Origin: Aplysia californica
Lineage: Eukaryota
DNA length: 64,000 nt
Direction: 5' to 3'
Assembly (NCBI RefSeq): GCF_000002075.1
Contig: NW_004797343.1
Coordinates: 1,640,242-1,704,241 of the forward strand
Of the stretch, positions 10,711 to 23,800 are shown piece after piece (position 1 is the stretch's first letter; every line of letters starts with the position of its first letter). The translations under genes were made by a program, and so were the position numbers. A model generated the notes under the pieces. It worked only from the letters and a program-made list of their open reading frames with translations, did not search any database and was not told where the DNA came from.

Positions 10711-13700
10711 GTAGGTCTCATTCGTCTTTTAACTTCTTCGCTGCTGTGTCTTCATTTGCTTGTGTTCTCCAGAACTGGTTCATAGCAACTTGTTTCTTTT
10801 GTATAGGAGATGTTTTTTATTAAGATATATAATGACAACTTGTGCTGTTGCCTTAATTATTAAATGAAGGGAACTATATATTGATTTTACGTTGACCTCT
10901 CGTATATATACAAAAATGGAGGAGAATTTTGCTTTCATTACTTAAAGTTGCACTGCGTGTAGACTTTTGGGCTGACACAGGTAAAGGGGAGGGGGAGAGT
11001 TTTGTGATTCTGTGTATGACGGGTCGTCTTGTAACTGGCAATTTATTTTTAATGCATTCTCTGTATAATATATATGCCTGTAGAAAAACAATTTTTCTAA
11101 AAGATAAAATAATTCTTTTGTCTTTGTTTTTGTTTTTGTTTTTCTTATTTCTTTTTTCACTGTTGGGCTTATTCTTATACCGAACAAAACCAACATCCCT
11201 GTTTTGTGTTTTCCAGTGATATCACAGCTCTGTATAGTGACCCACCTCCTGGACTGTGCGTCATTCCAGACCCAATGAACATCACCAAGGTGAGCCGCCA
11301 CTGTCTGTGGATAGAGCAGAGGGCAGGGTCCTTCCCTAGTCAGGAGTTTAAGAAATGTACAGAATTTAAGAATATAGGATGCTGAAGGTCACAGCACATG
11401 GAGGCAGAATAGATGCAATTTCAGCAATTGAAAGGAAGAGACTTTCATTAGTGGTGACAGCCAAAGATTATTTCAATATACAAATGTGAGGCATTGTGGT
11501 GAAATCAGACATTCGTCAATATAATGAAATTAAAGAAACCGGCATTTTTCCGCCAGATTGACTACTTTTATCAATTTTTTTGTTTTTTGGCTCTAAATGT
11601 AAGTTAATTTCTGTGTAGAATTTACTGAAAATCATTTGTTAAAGCACAAAAAAATGTAAATTTTCACTTTCCAAGGACTCTCAAGCAATAGGTGTAACCA
11701 AACTTTGGCTGCCATTTTCTCTGTAATTTTACCAGGAAATCAGGCAACCCCCACCTCTTTCAATCGCAAATATCTCGATTTTTATGTGTATTTTTTTCGA
11801 TGAAAGCAAGACAAATGAACAAGCTTTAAGATTTATACCAAAAACCCAACATACCCAAAAATTGACGAGCACCTGATTCTACCACATCATAACAACTGTC
11901 CTCTATACTTCTTCCTCACCAGATCCACGCACTCCTCACTGGTCCGTTTGACACGCCGTACGAGGGAGGATTCTTCTATTTCTTCATCCGCTTCCCCTCA
12001 GACTACCCCATCAGCCCGCCCCGAGTCCGCCTCATGACTACAGGTGGGGGCACCGTGAGGTTCAATCCAAACCTCTACCGCAACGGCAAAGTTTGCCTCA
12101 GTATTTTGGGGTAAGTCACATGCACACACCACAGGCTTGCCGACTGTCCCGGATTTCCTGGGACTGTCCCAGATTCAGTGATCTGGAACTCGAGAGCCTG
12201 ACCACGAACAATTCAAGTATTTGAAATTTCCCTCTAGTTTTGTGTCATCTGCTGTTGAAGCACTGAGCAAAACCAGTCCAACTCGTAAGTTAGTGTTGTT
12301 ATGAAGTTGTAGGTCCTGATTAGGTTTTGTCAAAGTTGGCAAGCCTGAATCCAGGAAGTCAGTTTCCTCCCGGTCCTCTTGTCTCCGAAGTCTATTACTT
12401 CTTTTCCTCCTTGGATGTTAAATGTTTATCATCAGTTTATGATCGAAAAACAGATATTAGTAGTGGTAGTATGATTAGTATTATTATCATTATCACAGTG
12501 GAACTTGGATTCAACAAAGTCGTCGGGCCGGACCTAAAGTTTCATTGAATCCGAGTGTTTGTTTTAACTAACATGAGGTTTTTGTGGAGATAATTAGTCG
12601 CTTTTAAGCACAAGGGGACTATCCCAAAAAATGCTGTTTTGAGAAAATCGAAAGTAAAGTTTTTGCCCCTTGTTCAGTTTTTGTAAAAGACAAAGAGAGT
12701 TTTCTCCAGAACCAAACAAATATACACACCAATGAAACCTAACTTCTCCTACAGGTAGAGCAATGCCCACTTATGGTGTAGATCAAGACACCCCCCGACA
12801 TCTGGGTTAGCCGGCTTGTCCTAAATAGCGACCTATTCCAGGCACCAAGCAAGTAATGTATAATGTATTCGACTTTCTCAATCTAAAGTAAGTAGTTTTA
12901 GTTTCAAATGAGAGGCCTTTTCATTTCTTTGATGCCATACCAACTGAACTCTACTAAACACATACTTTGCAAAAGGTCTGATTTGTTCAAATGCACCCCT
13001 GTGTATTTATCATCTATAACATACTATTTACCAAAAAAGTTATGTTGCTGTGTAGAGCTTTGCGTACAGCAACATTTGAATCCACCACACTCCAGAACGC
13101 AATTCATTACACAGATGTATGTCAAGACTAGCTTATCACTGGAATGTTGATCAGTAGCCGAGGCAAAAAGTTGTGACGCCTGTGCCCCCTCCCCTAGACA
13201 CATACACCAGGGTGTCTAGCAAAGTCGTAAAAAAGTCGTAAATTCGCCCTGGTCATAAAGGTCGTAAATGGTAGTAAATTTGCCTTGAAGGTAGTAAAAA
13301 ATAGGTAAACGGTCGTAAATTAGCCTGCATGCTGAGTGATGAAGCCAGCAAGACTTTTCAATGAATCCTAGCCGGCGGGGTACATGACTCCGTTTTTGCC
13401 GGTCGCGATTGTGATATAATATTCGTTCACCTTTTCCCCGTCCGAGAGTACGTTTCACACGAAAAGCCGGCTATGGCGGCAGGTGGAAGTTTATGTGACA
13501 CCGAGGCTCGATTGGGAAAATCAAGATCTACTTTCGCTTTCGTTACCACCCAGAAATTTGGAGACGATAAACTGATAACGCAACATTTGTGATATGCAGG
13601 TTGTACAGTATAAATGCTGTGTCGTCGTGCAAATAAAATGTAATCATTGCTCGGACTCGTCATCGTGCTGTCACGTGTGTGTGTTTGTGGGGGGGTGAAA

Positions 13701-15368
13701 AGAAAATACAAACGTCGTCCGATTTATTAGATTGTCGGGTTCGCCATCGATCGTGATCGGTCAGTGAACCTTCGTGCGAGGCACCACAAGATACAGCATC
13801 GGTGAGCACCTGCGTTTGTTGGGGTCGCCAAAGTTCATTAAAAAGTCTGAGCGTTGCGAAGTATAGGACTACGGAATGGGGCAGGGATTATTGATTTTTT
13901 TTTTTAGAGATACACTCGGGGAAGGCGGAGGGGCTGAAGGCAACACCAGAGGACAAAAACTTGTCAGTAAATTTCAGAATTTTGATTAGGTTTATAGCCC
14001 TCTGCAAAGCGCGTGTTGGTGCAGGCCTTGTGTGGAATCGGGATCCTTCATACCTTGTAAGCTGTGTTATTGAAATAAAGTGTTCGCGTTTCATTGGTTG
14101 GGTGATAGTAAATTAGAACAATATTGTAGCTTTCTGTTGACTGGCAGATTTTCAGTGTCACTGCCTCTTGCCCTCTCACAGTTCTTACACCTCTCACACT
14201 GAATAGGTTTACTCGAGTCATTACGTGTGTGCGCGTTGTTGTTGTGTAACATGACCCTGGAAAATGGAGAAGCCGGTTTGGCAGTCACCCTGTGTGTACA
14301 CATTAGGTCTAAATCTACCCCCCCCCCTCCCCCTCCCACCACCACCAGGGCAGTGCTACTGACTGAAGCGTCTTTAAGCCATTCCCAAAGGGAGGATATT
14401 AACATGTTCTTATGCACAGTAGAATTGTAAATATGGGCTGATTTATCAATGTCATGCTCATACTGTGCTGAACCAACGTTGGAACTGCTGCTTTTTCTGT
14501 CCTCTTCTTTACTCTCGTCATTTTCCGCTACTTCTTTTGTATTTTTGTCACTCTTGTGAACTACTATTTCCGGGGTGCCTTGATAGTCGAAGCTTGATTC
14601 CCCGTTTGGACTTCTCTGTTGACATCCACCCTTTGTCGCTCATATGACCTATAGAGTTGCGAGCGCCGTAAAAACCTTACTAAAACTAAATCTAGCGGGG
14701 AGCAAGCTTGCGATCGTCTGTCTATCCTCCATTTTGTCAACTGGACTTTGTTGTGTGTTCTGTTCGTTCCATATGTTATGTAATAATATGTTATTGATGG
14801 CGCAAATGAACTCCATTTTTTGAGCTGGTGTAGGGCTTGATTTGCTGGGTAGTAAATTTTTTTTCCAGGTAGTAAATTTTTTCAGGAAATATTGCTGGAC
14901 ACCCTGATACACTCACAGTTACACTTGTGCTGACCGCCCGTCTGACTCAGACACACACTATGAGATGTATGTGTGCGTGCCAAGAACGTGTGTTTTGGTA
15001 TGAAATGAAACAGCTGATTGGTCGCATAAGATTATGAACAATAGGCTAGGCGAATACTGGTTCACAATGCAGATGCCATGGGTGGGTTCCAAGAATAGAT
15101 AAGGTTCCTTGTGGGAGAAAAATGTGCGAAGCCACATCAGCTGGGGCTGTTCATCCTGCAAGCGACTTCTTTGAATCTGGGCTTGCTCATTTATCTGTTC
15201 GTCGAATCCAAGTTATTTTTATTGCTTTTTATGAATAGAAAAAAACAGGGAATCCAACTCCTTTCGTTAAATCCGGGTTTTCGTTGAATCCGAATTTGCT
15301 GAAACCGAGTTCCACTGTATTATCATTGATATTAATACTATTATTACTATTGTCATTATTATAATTAT

Positions 15369-15433
<65 letters not shown>

Positions 15434-17956
15434 GTATGGCTGTTTCAGTGTCAACGAATCACAAGAAGCTGCAGAATCTTCAGCCGAGCATTCAATGAGT
15501 CTGTGAAGGAAATAAGCTGATGTTGATATTTGTGTCTGCACTGCTGTCTCGCTCCACCCCCCCAGTCTCCCATGTATCACAAAAAGCTTTCGTCTTTTCA
15601 GGACGTGGGCTGGACCGTCATGGAGTCCCGCCCAAACTCTGTCCTCCGTCCTTATCTCCATCCAGTCTCTGATGAATGAGAAGCCTTATCACAACGAGCC
15701 GGGATTTGAACATGTGAGTGTGGTAGCCATATATACATTTATGTTATCTACCCTAGACATATAACTGTCCCCGTTGTTTTATGCAAGAAAAATTCTGAAA
15801 TTATGCAAACTGAGCCCAAGAATGTGAAATTACGCGATTCTTCTGTTAATTTTAACAAAGATTGACAAAGGAAAATAATCAGGAATTATGCAAAAAATGA
15901 TCAAATTTCGCGATATTATGCGGGGTGCATAAAACCATGAGGACAGATATAACTTGTGAAGGGGAAGAGCCAGGACTTGAACATGTGAGTGTTGTAGCCA
16001 TAGATGTGTTACATGTGCCATGGAAGAGCTAGGATTTGAAAATGTGAGTGTGATAGCAGTAGAGACTTTTATAATGTCTTAGACATTTGGTCGCTTTTAA
16101 GGACAAGTGGGCTGACCCAGGTTTCGGGGGTTTCCAGAAATCTTGACCTGCACCCACTATGGGCATTGCCCTACCTGTAGGAGAAGGTTGGTTTCAGTGG
16201 TGTGTATATTTGTTTGGTTTCATTGGTGTGTATATTTGTTTGGTTATAGAGAGAACTTTCTTCAACTTTTTAAAGAAACTGAACAAGGAGCAAAAATTTT
16301 GCCTTTGATTTTCTCAAAACAGCATTTTTCGGAATAGCCCCCTTGTGCTTAAAAGCGACAATATATCTTAAACATATATAAATTGTGAAATGGAAGAGCC
16401 AGGATTTGAACTTGTGTGTTTTTTTAAACCATAGACATTAATTATATTATCCACCCTAGATTTACTATATAAATTGTTTCACAGGTGGTGGAATCAGGTG
16501 CTTATCAATTTTTGGGCATGTGGAGTTATTGGTATCTGAATCATCTTAAAGCTTGTTCATTTGACTTGCGTTTGATGGAGAAAAAAAATAACCCATATAT
16601 TTTTAATAGAACTCACAATATATGTGATAAAAGGAGGGGGGGGGGGGAGGACCCTGGTTTCGGAGGGAAAATTAACGAAAAAATCTTCGCTAAAGTGTGG
16701 AGGCTTCTATAGCTTGAGAGTGCTTAGAGACAAACTGAAAATGTACATTTTTGGGGGGGGGTTTTTAATCATCGATTTTCAGCAAAATCCACACTGAAAT
16801 GCTTTTGAATGGACATGTGGCATCGTTGGCCTAGTGGTTAGGCTACCAGACTCGCAATCGTGAGATTGCGGGTTCTGGGGTTCGAGCCGCGGGTCCGACG
16901 TTGTGTCCCTGGGAAGGGCACTTTACACGAATTTTCCTCACTTCTCCCAGGTGGGAATGGGTACTCGGCCTTAGACTGTGAAAGATCTTGTCAGTATGTT
17001 AGTGTTTTAACGCCTATAAATGGTGGCTTGCACTGTATGCTTCCTAGGAAGTTGAGATTGTTTCAGAATGCTCTCAGGTCTGCTGGGGTAATAGTATAGT
17101 TGTGAAGCGCATAGAGCTTGCTGTTGAGCGGGGATTTGCGCTATGCTATCTATTATTATTAAAAGGTGGTGAGTCAAAAAACAATATATTGATAAAAATT
17201 GCCAAACCTGCAGAAAAATGCCGTTTTCCAGGATTTCATTATTTTGGCCAACTCCTTATTTCACCACAGTGCCCCACAATTGTGCAATGGAAATGCTCTC
17301 CTGCTATTCTATTTAGGCCTGTCTTTTTTTCTGAATGGTAAGGCTCTTTACCTGCAATCAGAAGACGTAAGAGTTTGATCGTCACTTTGGGAAGATATTT
17401 TGTTCAAGTTACACCATCTTTCTATTGGGATAAATATTCAACAGCTCCCAGGTTAGCCATGGCAGGCAGAGTTATATGGAAGCGGCCCTTCTTCTAATTG
17501 CTCTAAATTGTGTTGATGGGGATGTGGTAGGTCACAAAGGAAGCCATAAGAATGTTTAACCAACTAACCGTGTGTTTAGGCAAACTTAGCTCACTTTCGG
17601 AAAGGGAAAAGTGCTGTTATCTGCACGGAGTTGTAGCGTTTGTGACCGTTACACATTGTTTGCTATTATTTTTTTGTTAACTCTCTTTACCGTGCTAGCT
17701 CCCATTTCTCTTTTAATGTTTAATCGTCATTGTCAGGTTATGATGGATGAACCGCAGTAGAAATTGTCTGAGACGGTCACCCAATGTCGAGGAGAAAAGT
17801 GGCTGACCTTAGACAGGTGGCCGTCTTACACAGTGTCATATATAATGTTTTAAAACTAACAACCACCCGCACAATTCGGGGGGGAGGGGGGGGGAGTAGC
17901 TTTTTGTTCTTACAGGTTATTGTCATATACAGGTGGCAATTTGAGCAGGTTTGACT

Positions 17957-17995
<39 letters not shown>

Positions 17996-20815
17996 TTTGT
18001 CATAAATCTTTGATGATCTATGTATCCCCAGGAGCGAACCTCTGGCGACTCTAAACATTACAACGACATCATCCAGCACGAGACAGTGCGTGTGGCTGTG
18101 TGCGACATGATGGACGGGCTCTGCAGCATGCCAGACAGTCTGAGGTGAGCTTGGCTGCGACAGCGATAGGATATTGAGTAGTTCATGACTTCCCGGAATT
18201 TTTGTATTTTTCTGTGGTTTTGAAGAAATGTATTCACATAGGTTTGTAATCTTATAAAAAGACAAAGAGTACATTGGAAAATCTTCTCCTTCGGGTGTCG
18301 GGTCTGGAATGTGTACTGATGATCATTGTTCCCCACACCTTCCTATTGTCTGAACATCTAGGTTTAACACATCGTGTTATTTGTTGCAAAGTTGTTGTGG
18401 CCATCTGGGTTTGTTCTCTGTCTTCCTGTGCTCCCCCCCGGCCCGTATTTTTCCCACCCAGCAGCAGTTTTTCTAATCCATTTGATCTATTTATGTGGCC
18501 AAAGCATATTTCGTCAGCTTCCAGTCTTCTCTCTGTGTCTTTTGATGGAATCCAGCTCTCACATTCATACAAAATGGTTGACGACATATACGCCTTCAAG
18601 GTTCTTACCTTTCTTTGCGTTCGCTGTTATGTTTCTGTTTGAGAGGATAGCATTCATCTTGTTGAAAGTTTCTTTAGATATTGTAACGCTCTTTTTTTTA
18701 AATCCATTTTTTTCTTTTTGTAGGACTATTCTATTAGCATATTGGTTCTTTGAGGGTGAATGTGATACGGTTGCAGTATGATTGGTAAAGGGTCTTCATC
18801 TTGGGAACAATAAGCTGTTTGGTTGGTAAGAGGGTCAGTATTTTGCCTACTTTTAAAAATTCCCTTTTTGTTTCTGTCTATCTTGCTTTTTGCGTGCACT
18901 TAACAGCTGTTTCTCTTTACTCAGACTCAAGAAAGTTCACAATAGCAATGTTTGATTTTGCTATTTTTTTCCCCAGGGCTGTGATGGAGTCCTCCTTCCC
19001 CGACTACTACAAATACTATGTAGAAGTGTGTGAGAACCACATACATCTGGACAGTATGGACATGAATGTAAGTCGAGTCCTTTGTGAATGGTTGATGATC
19101 TTTTCTTTTTCCATCACCTTTTATGTCTATGGTTTGCGAGTGGCCTTGTGTGGTTTGCACCTTTTTTCTTATGAAGCATCTATGGTCCTTGTCTCATTTT
19201 CTTTTTTGTGCTTGTTACTCTGTTCTAACATCTTTAATCTTTGGCACTTATATAACCTTACTGTGTTGTAAGTGCCACTGTAAAACTTTAACTAAAACAT
19301 CGCACTATGTATATCGTCATGGTGCTAAGTCAGACTTACGCGTCAATAGAATATAACCATTTTGTAATTGCACGCTTCGTGATGTATCATTTAGTTTAAG
19401 TACCAGGCGTTATTCTAAATTAAGACATTTCCAGTTTTGTGTAAAAATACATTATCATTTATAAAACAACAAATTGTGTTTTCTCAATTATTTGAAAAAT
19501 AAACAAAATGAGTCAGTTTCTGTTGGCAGCTCCATGATAAAATATGTGTGGGTGTTTTAGTGCAGTTTGGTAGTTCTGGTTTTTCGTGCAAACCTGGGCA
19601 TTGCCCGCTCCAAAAAATTAGATATGTCGTAAATGAAATGATCAGTGGTGTGTTGTTAGTGTGTTTTATTTACCCAAGCTGATGAAAAAAAGTGTTCTTT
19701 CTCCCAGCACTTGTTGACAGTTACTCCTCAGAACTTGCTCTATCACTTTAAATTTGCTATCAGTTGGGAGTCGGATTGGTTCATCTTATTTCTTTTCTTT
19801 CCCACTTTTGTTTCCGCCTCTATGCGTCTTGCTTTTTTCCCAGCACTAAATGAACATTGCTGCGTTGTTGTGGGTGGTTGTCTATCATGCTCTGTGGTTT
19901 GCTCATTCTTTCCTATCAGACATCCGCCGTCCTTATCTCCCCTCCTTCTTTTTTTTCTTTTGGTGTTTGTTACTCTTGTAACACCTGTAATCTTTGTGGG
20001 TGGTTGGCGGGTGCTCTGATGTGGTTTGCTCCTTCTTTCCTACCAAATATCTATCGTCTTGATCTCTCCTCATTCTTTTTCGTGTTTGTTACTCTCTTGT
20101 AACACCCCTAATCTTCGGCACTTATATGGCCTTATTGTGTTGCGAGTGCTGTAAAACTTTTACTTAACCTAAAACCACCTGTAATCTTTGGCAGTTATAT
20201 ACCTAATTGTATTGCAAGTGCGTAAAACTCTTTCTTGGACTGTGGCTGGTTGACGGGTGCTCTGGTGTGGTTTGCTTCTTCTTTCCTGTCAAACATCTAT
20301 CGCCCTTATCTCCCCTTCTTCTTTTTTGTTTGTTACTCTCTTGTAACATCTCTAATCTTCTGGCGCTCATTTGACCTTATGCAGTTGCGAGCGCTGTAAA
20401 ACCTCTACTAAAACTGATACTTCTTCTTTTTTGTGTTTGTTACTCTCTTGTAACACCTCTAATCTTCGGCACTTATATGACCTTTTTGTGTTGCGAGTGC
20501 CATAAAACTCTTACTAAACCTAAAACCGCCTGCAATCTTTGGCACTTATGTACCTAATTGTGTTGCAAGTGCCGTAATTCACGGTAAAACTCTTTCTTGG
20601 AATAAACCACCCTACTCCCCCAGGATCCATTCGGCGACTCTCGCCCCAAGTTCAAGTTCAAGCAGCTGCTCAAGCGACTCAAGTGCATCCAGAACCGCAT
20701 GGACAACAAGCCCGAAGACAGCGACGAGGACGAGGACGACAACTCAGCCCAGGAGGGCGAGGAGACGACCCCGCCCCGCAGGACGCAGCCGCCCATCGAA
20801 GAGGACAAGAGTTGA
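10451..20815 (+). CDS. UBE2Z: Ubiquitin-conjugating enzyme E2 Z-like; join(10451-10710,11217-11289,11923-12110,15602-15713,18032-18144,18977-19067,20624-20815), 342 aa
   Basis: Manual splicing gives [119 protein letters not shown], matching UBE2Z motifs from memory. All introns GT-AG; 1029 nt in frame. Confidence 0.95.
11217..11289 (+). CDS. UBE2Z: UBE2Z coding exon 2
   Basis: ttccag acceptor; [24 protein letters not shown]; gtgagc donor. Confidence 0.93.
11923..12110 (+). CDS. UBE2Z: UBE2Z coding exon 3 (catalytic Cys)
   Basis: [35 protein letters not shown]; accag / gtaagt. Confidence 0.96.
12496..15317. mobile_element. Tc1/mariner-pogo-type non-autonomous element with nested insertions
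   Basis: Ends cagtggaacttggattcaacaaa / tttgctgaaaccgagttccactg; flanks CA and TA; subterminal ttcgttgaatccg-like repeats. Confidence 0.65.
13208..14906. mobile_element. Non-autonomous TIR transposon with CAGGG ends and 6-bp TSD (hAT-like)
   Basis: TIR cagggtgtctagcaa / ttgctggacaccctg (14/15); TSD atacac; many GT(C/A)GTAAA subterminal repeats. Confidence 0.8.
15602..15713 (+). CDS. UBE2Z: UBE2Z coding exon 4
   Basis: [37 protein letters not shown]; tttcag / gtgagt. Confidence 0.95.
15765..15946. mobile_element. 182-bp MITE with 6-bp TSD
   Basis: TIR ctgtccccgttgttttatgca / tgcataaaaccatgaggacag; TSD atataa; internal attatgc repeats. Confidence 0.75.
16082..16367. mobile_element. MITE family E (copies at 12590-12836 inverted, 46841-47093, partial 44630-44690)
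   Basis: TIR ggtcgcttttaaggacaag / cttgtgcttaaaagcgac; shared core ccctacctgtaggagaag. Confidence 0.8.
16817..17160 (+). mobile_element. CORE-SINE-like element (family B) with L2-like tail, nested in a MITE
   Basis: tRNA head TGGCCTAGTGG..GGTTCGAGCC; CORE-like gtgtccctgggaagggcacttta..ccaggtgggaatgggtac; tail tgtgaagcgc..gcgctat..(att)n. Confidence 0.78.
18032..18144 (+). CDS. UBE2Z: UBE2Z coding exon 5
   Basis: [37 protein letters not shown]; ccccag / gtgagc. Confidence 0.95.
18280..18790 (-). mobile_element. RTE-like LINE 3' relic in UBE2Z intron 5
   Basis: [36 protein letters not shown]. Confidence 0.75.
18977..19067 (+). CDS. UBE2Z: UBE2Z coding exon 6
   Basis: [30 protein letters not shown]; ccccag / gtaagt. 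Confidence 0.93.
19868..20601 (+). mobile_element. Tandem cluster of family C short retroposons in UBE2Z intron 6
   Basis: Repeated gggtggttggcgggtgctct..gttactctcttgtaacacct..ggcacttat..gtgccgtaaaac units, with a duplicated tail block. Confidence 0.8.
20624..20815 (+). CDS. UBE2Z: UBE2Z terminal coding exon with acidic tail
   Basis: [39 protein letters not shown]..; TGA at 20813-20815. Confidence 0.92.
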   Translation, partial: DPFGDSRPKFKFKQLLKRLKCIQNRMDNKPEDSDEDEDDNSAQEGEETTPPRRTQPPIEEDKS

Positions 20816-23800
20816 CGCCAGGCCCAGCCCCACCGCCACCACCCCACCGGTCCCTCTGTGGAGTCCACTTCCGTGTCTGGCTGTGCTGCCTGCAAGTGCA
20901 GCTGTGTCGTTTTGTGACGTTCAGTTTTTTCCCTTCAGTTTTTATGTGTAGATTTTCATTTGTTTGGTTGTTTTGAAGTTGTTTTTTGGCAGGCACTCAA
21001 ATGGAATAGCTTGGAAGAAAGTTTATAGTCAAGATTTAGAGTTAATTTTTTCTTCTTTATGGACCAAATCAGTGATTCTGTGTACAAATCAATTTTAATT
21101 TCCATTTTCACAAAATCGTGGATTTTCTTTTGTGCATAAATTTTTCAAGTGGCTGATTTTTTGCAGCGTCCTTTACATCTCTTGTACAGTATAATTGTCT
21201 CTACAGATTTCCACTGGCTTCAGCCTGATGAGTTTAGTAGACAAATGCTTCTTTTGTGTCAGATTCTAGTCTCATTAGTTAGTCTCTGTTATTTAAATAT
21301 GACTGTAGAGGTCAATGTTTCCACTGTAATGGGCGTTTAGAGAGGCTTGCATATAATGCTAATTAGTGTTTTAATCCTCCCCCTTTCCCTTTACTTTCCT
21401 AGTTGCTTAGGTAGTCTTAAGAATTTGTCCTGTATGGCTGTGTAACATTTGTCCTGTGATCTGTTCAAGTAAATAAATCAGGGGGGGGGGGGAGGGGGAT
21501 CCTTAAAAGTTAGGCTATGTTTACATGCTGATAGCTTATTTTTTGTGATCCGACTACTTTTTAAGTAAATTGCTTTTTGTATACAATCAGGCAGAAATAT
21601 CCAAATTGGTACCAAAACATTTTCAGAGCTACCGTAGCAGTTTATCATTGTTGTTGCTGCTCGGACGCGTTAATCAACCACATTTTGTCTTGGTCTCATA
21701 CAGTAATGATGTGAACAAATTTGTCTCTTTGTGTGTGGTTGTACAAATGCCTGCTCAGCTCTTTCTTGACACGCTAGGGATGCAGACCTGCCAAGCACTT
21801 GATCATATCGGAGCTCTCTGATTTTTTAATATATTTTTCTTTTGCCTACCGATCGGATTTTTTAAAAGTCTAATAATTTTTTTTCTTTATAATTCCATGT
21901 CCAATATGGCATGGAAAGAGACAATATATTTGCGCCTATTTACCATATTCGCGCAGCTTGTCGTAAATTGCCTCGAAATTCACATTTTTATTTGCGTGTT
22001 CATCTATTTGCAAAACACATTTATTCGCCACGCTCACTTTATGTAATCCTGATCTACTGGGGTGTGGAGGCTCCAGTTTTTCCCCCCAAACTCTTAAAGA
22101 AATGTTGAAAGGAAAGCTCATTTTCGGTCATGCAGTGATTGGCAGGTCTGAGGATGCTGTCAGCTACATTTTCTTTATGGCAATGAACTTTGCCTTGCAT
22201 GTTCTGAGATGGAAGTACGGAAAAAAAATGTCTAGAAGTTCTGTTTTTGAGAACTGCCTCTGTAATTCACATGGCAATAAGGTTCCTCTTCCAGGCAGTT
22301 GGAACAGGGTGCTCGAAAATCGCAGTTCTTTTCTGTTCTTTTGCTGAGCCTGTTTTTATCATCCTCGTCTGATGACAGGCACTTCATTAATGTCTCCCTT
22401 CAATTCATATCTATTATTTGTCGTTGTGTCAGCTTATGCTTCTTTTCAAACGAGCAGTTGGTATATTTGCTTTGGTGTGATCTGCTCCCTCTGTTCCTTT
22501 TCAATGTTGTAATGGTCTTACTCTGCTCTTTGGTAAAATGTGATTGTCATATTGCTAACTTGCTGGAGAAAGTCCACTGCAACTACTTGTGCTTTGAGTC
22601 TGTCTCTACCTTCTTCATGCTTTTATTGTCGCTCTTTTATTGTGCCAAAACTCCCTTGACTGCACAACATTCCTTACTACATAGGACAAGCACTTTTCTT
22701 AGGAACGTCTCAATTAAGCTTACAGAGGGTTTTTTCAACAATATGAAGGCTCAGAAAACCTTAGAAACAAGATCTTAGATGTCTTTTGATCAGTCAGGTT
22801 TTGTGTGGCAAATTTTCATAGTAAAAATTCCTTACATTTCTGACTTGACCTGACTTGACTGTAGACAGCTGAGTCTTTCTCTGAGACTACTGTACTTCTT
22901 CTTTCTGCATCCGAGCGCTTCAACCATGGAAATTTCGGGAATGCCAAAAGCATCAATTTTCATGACTTGTGACTTTATTTTTAGTGCAATAAAAGTTTGT
23001 GTCCTCAGTGTTTGTGCACCTCGGCTTTGCTAACAGCCCCAAAGTTTTTTGTCTGCCCTCCCCACTCCCGTGGTACCGTTCCTATTTTTGTTCCCTTTTG
23101 GTCTTTTAAAGTGGCTGGTGGGTGCTGTGATGCCATCTAATACGAATGACATCTCTTCAGTGTTGCTAATGTTCTACATTCTTCCTGGCAAGATGTGGCA
23201 GTTTTCATGCCTGGTACTACTTCTGCTCCATGACATGTTTATACGATGGAGCTCCACAGTGAGTTAATGTTTTTTTATGACCTTGATGCGCCTAGAGCTA
23301 ACCTGTTGTGAGTTGATGGGGTTTTTTTTAATGAACATGATGCACTTACAGCTCTGCAGTGAGTGAATGTTTTCTTGAATTTCAATTCACCAGGGGCTCT
23401 GCAGTGACTTGCTGTTTACTCGATGAACTTTGCTTCGCATAGCTCTACGTAGTGAGTTGATGTTTTGAGAACTTAAATTTGATTCATCTGGAGCTCCATT
23501 GTGAGTTGATATATTTCTTGATGAATTTGATTAGCCAGTCAGCCAAGCCAATCTTGCTGACACATCGTGGTTGGTTACTTTAAATATGCTTTTGTATAAT
23601 TGGTGTGTTTGTGTGTGTGAAACAGGTTGAAGGGCTAAAACTCAGATTGCCACTGGATTGGAAAAGTGTGTGGTTGTGCTAACTCCATCTTGGAGATAGA
23701 AGGTCTACCATGTTTGTGCTCAGTTTGAAAGGAACAAAGAGGAGATGACTTTATCGGCACTAAATTTATACTCTTTCAGTGCTGAATCTTGTGTCAGCAA

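Noticed and set aside
21220-21250. Hammerhead core CTGATGA (also 22369, 15669)
   Set aside because: No stem II followed by GAAA or closing helices visible; 15669 is coding sequence.
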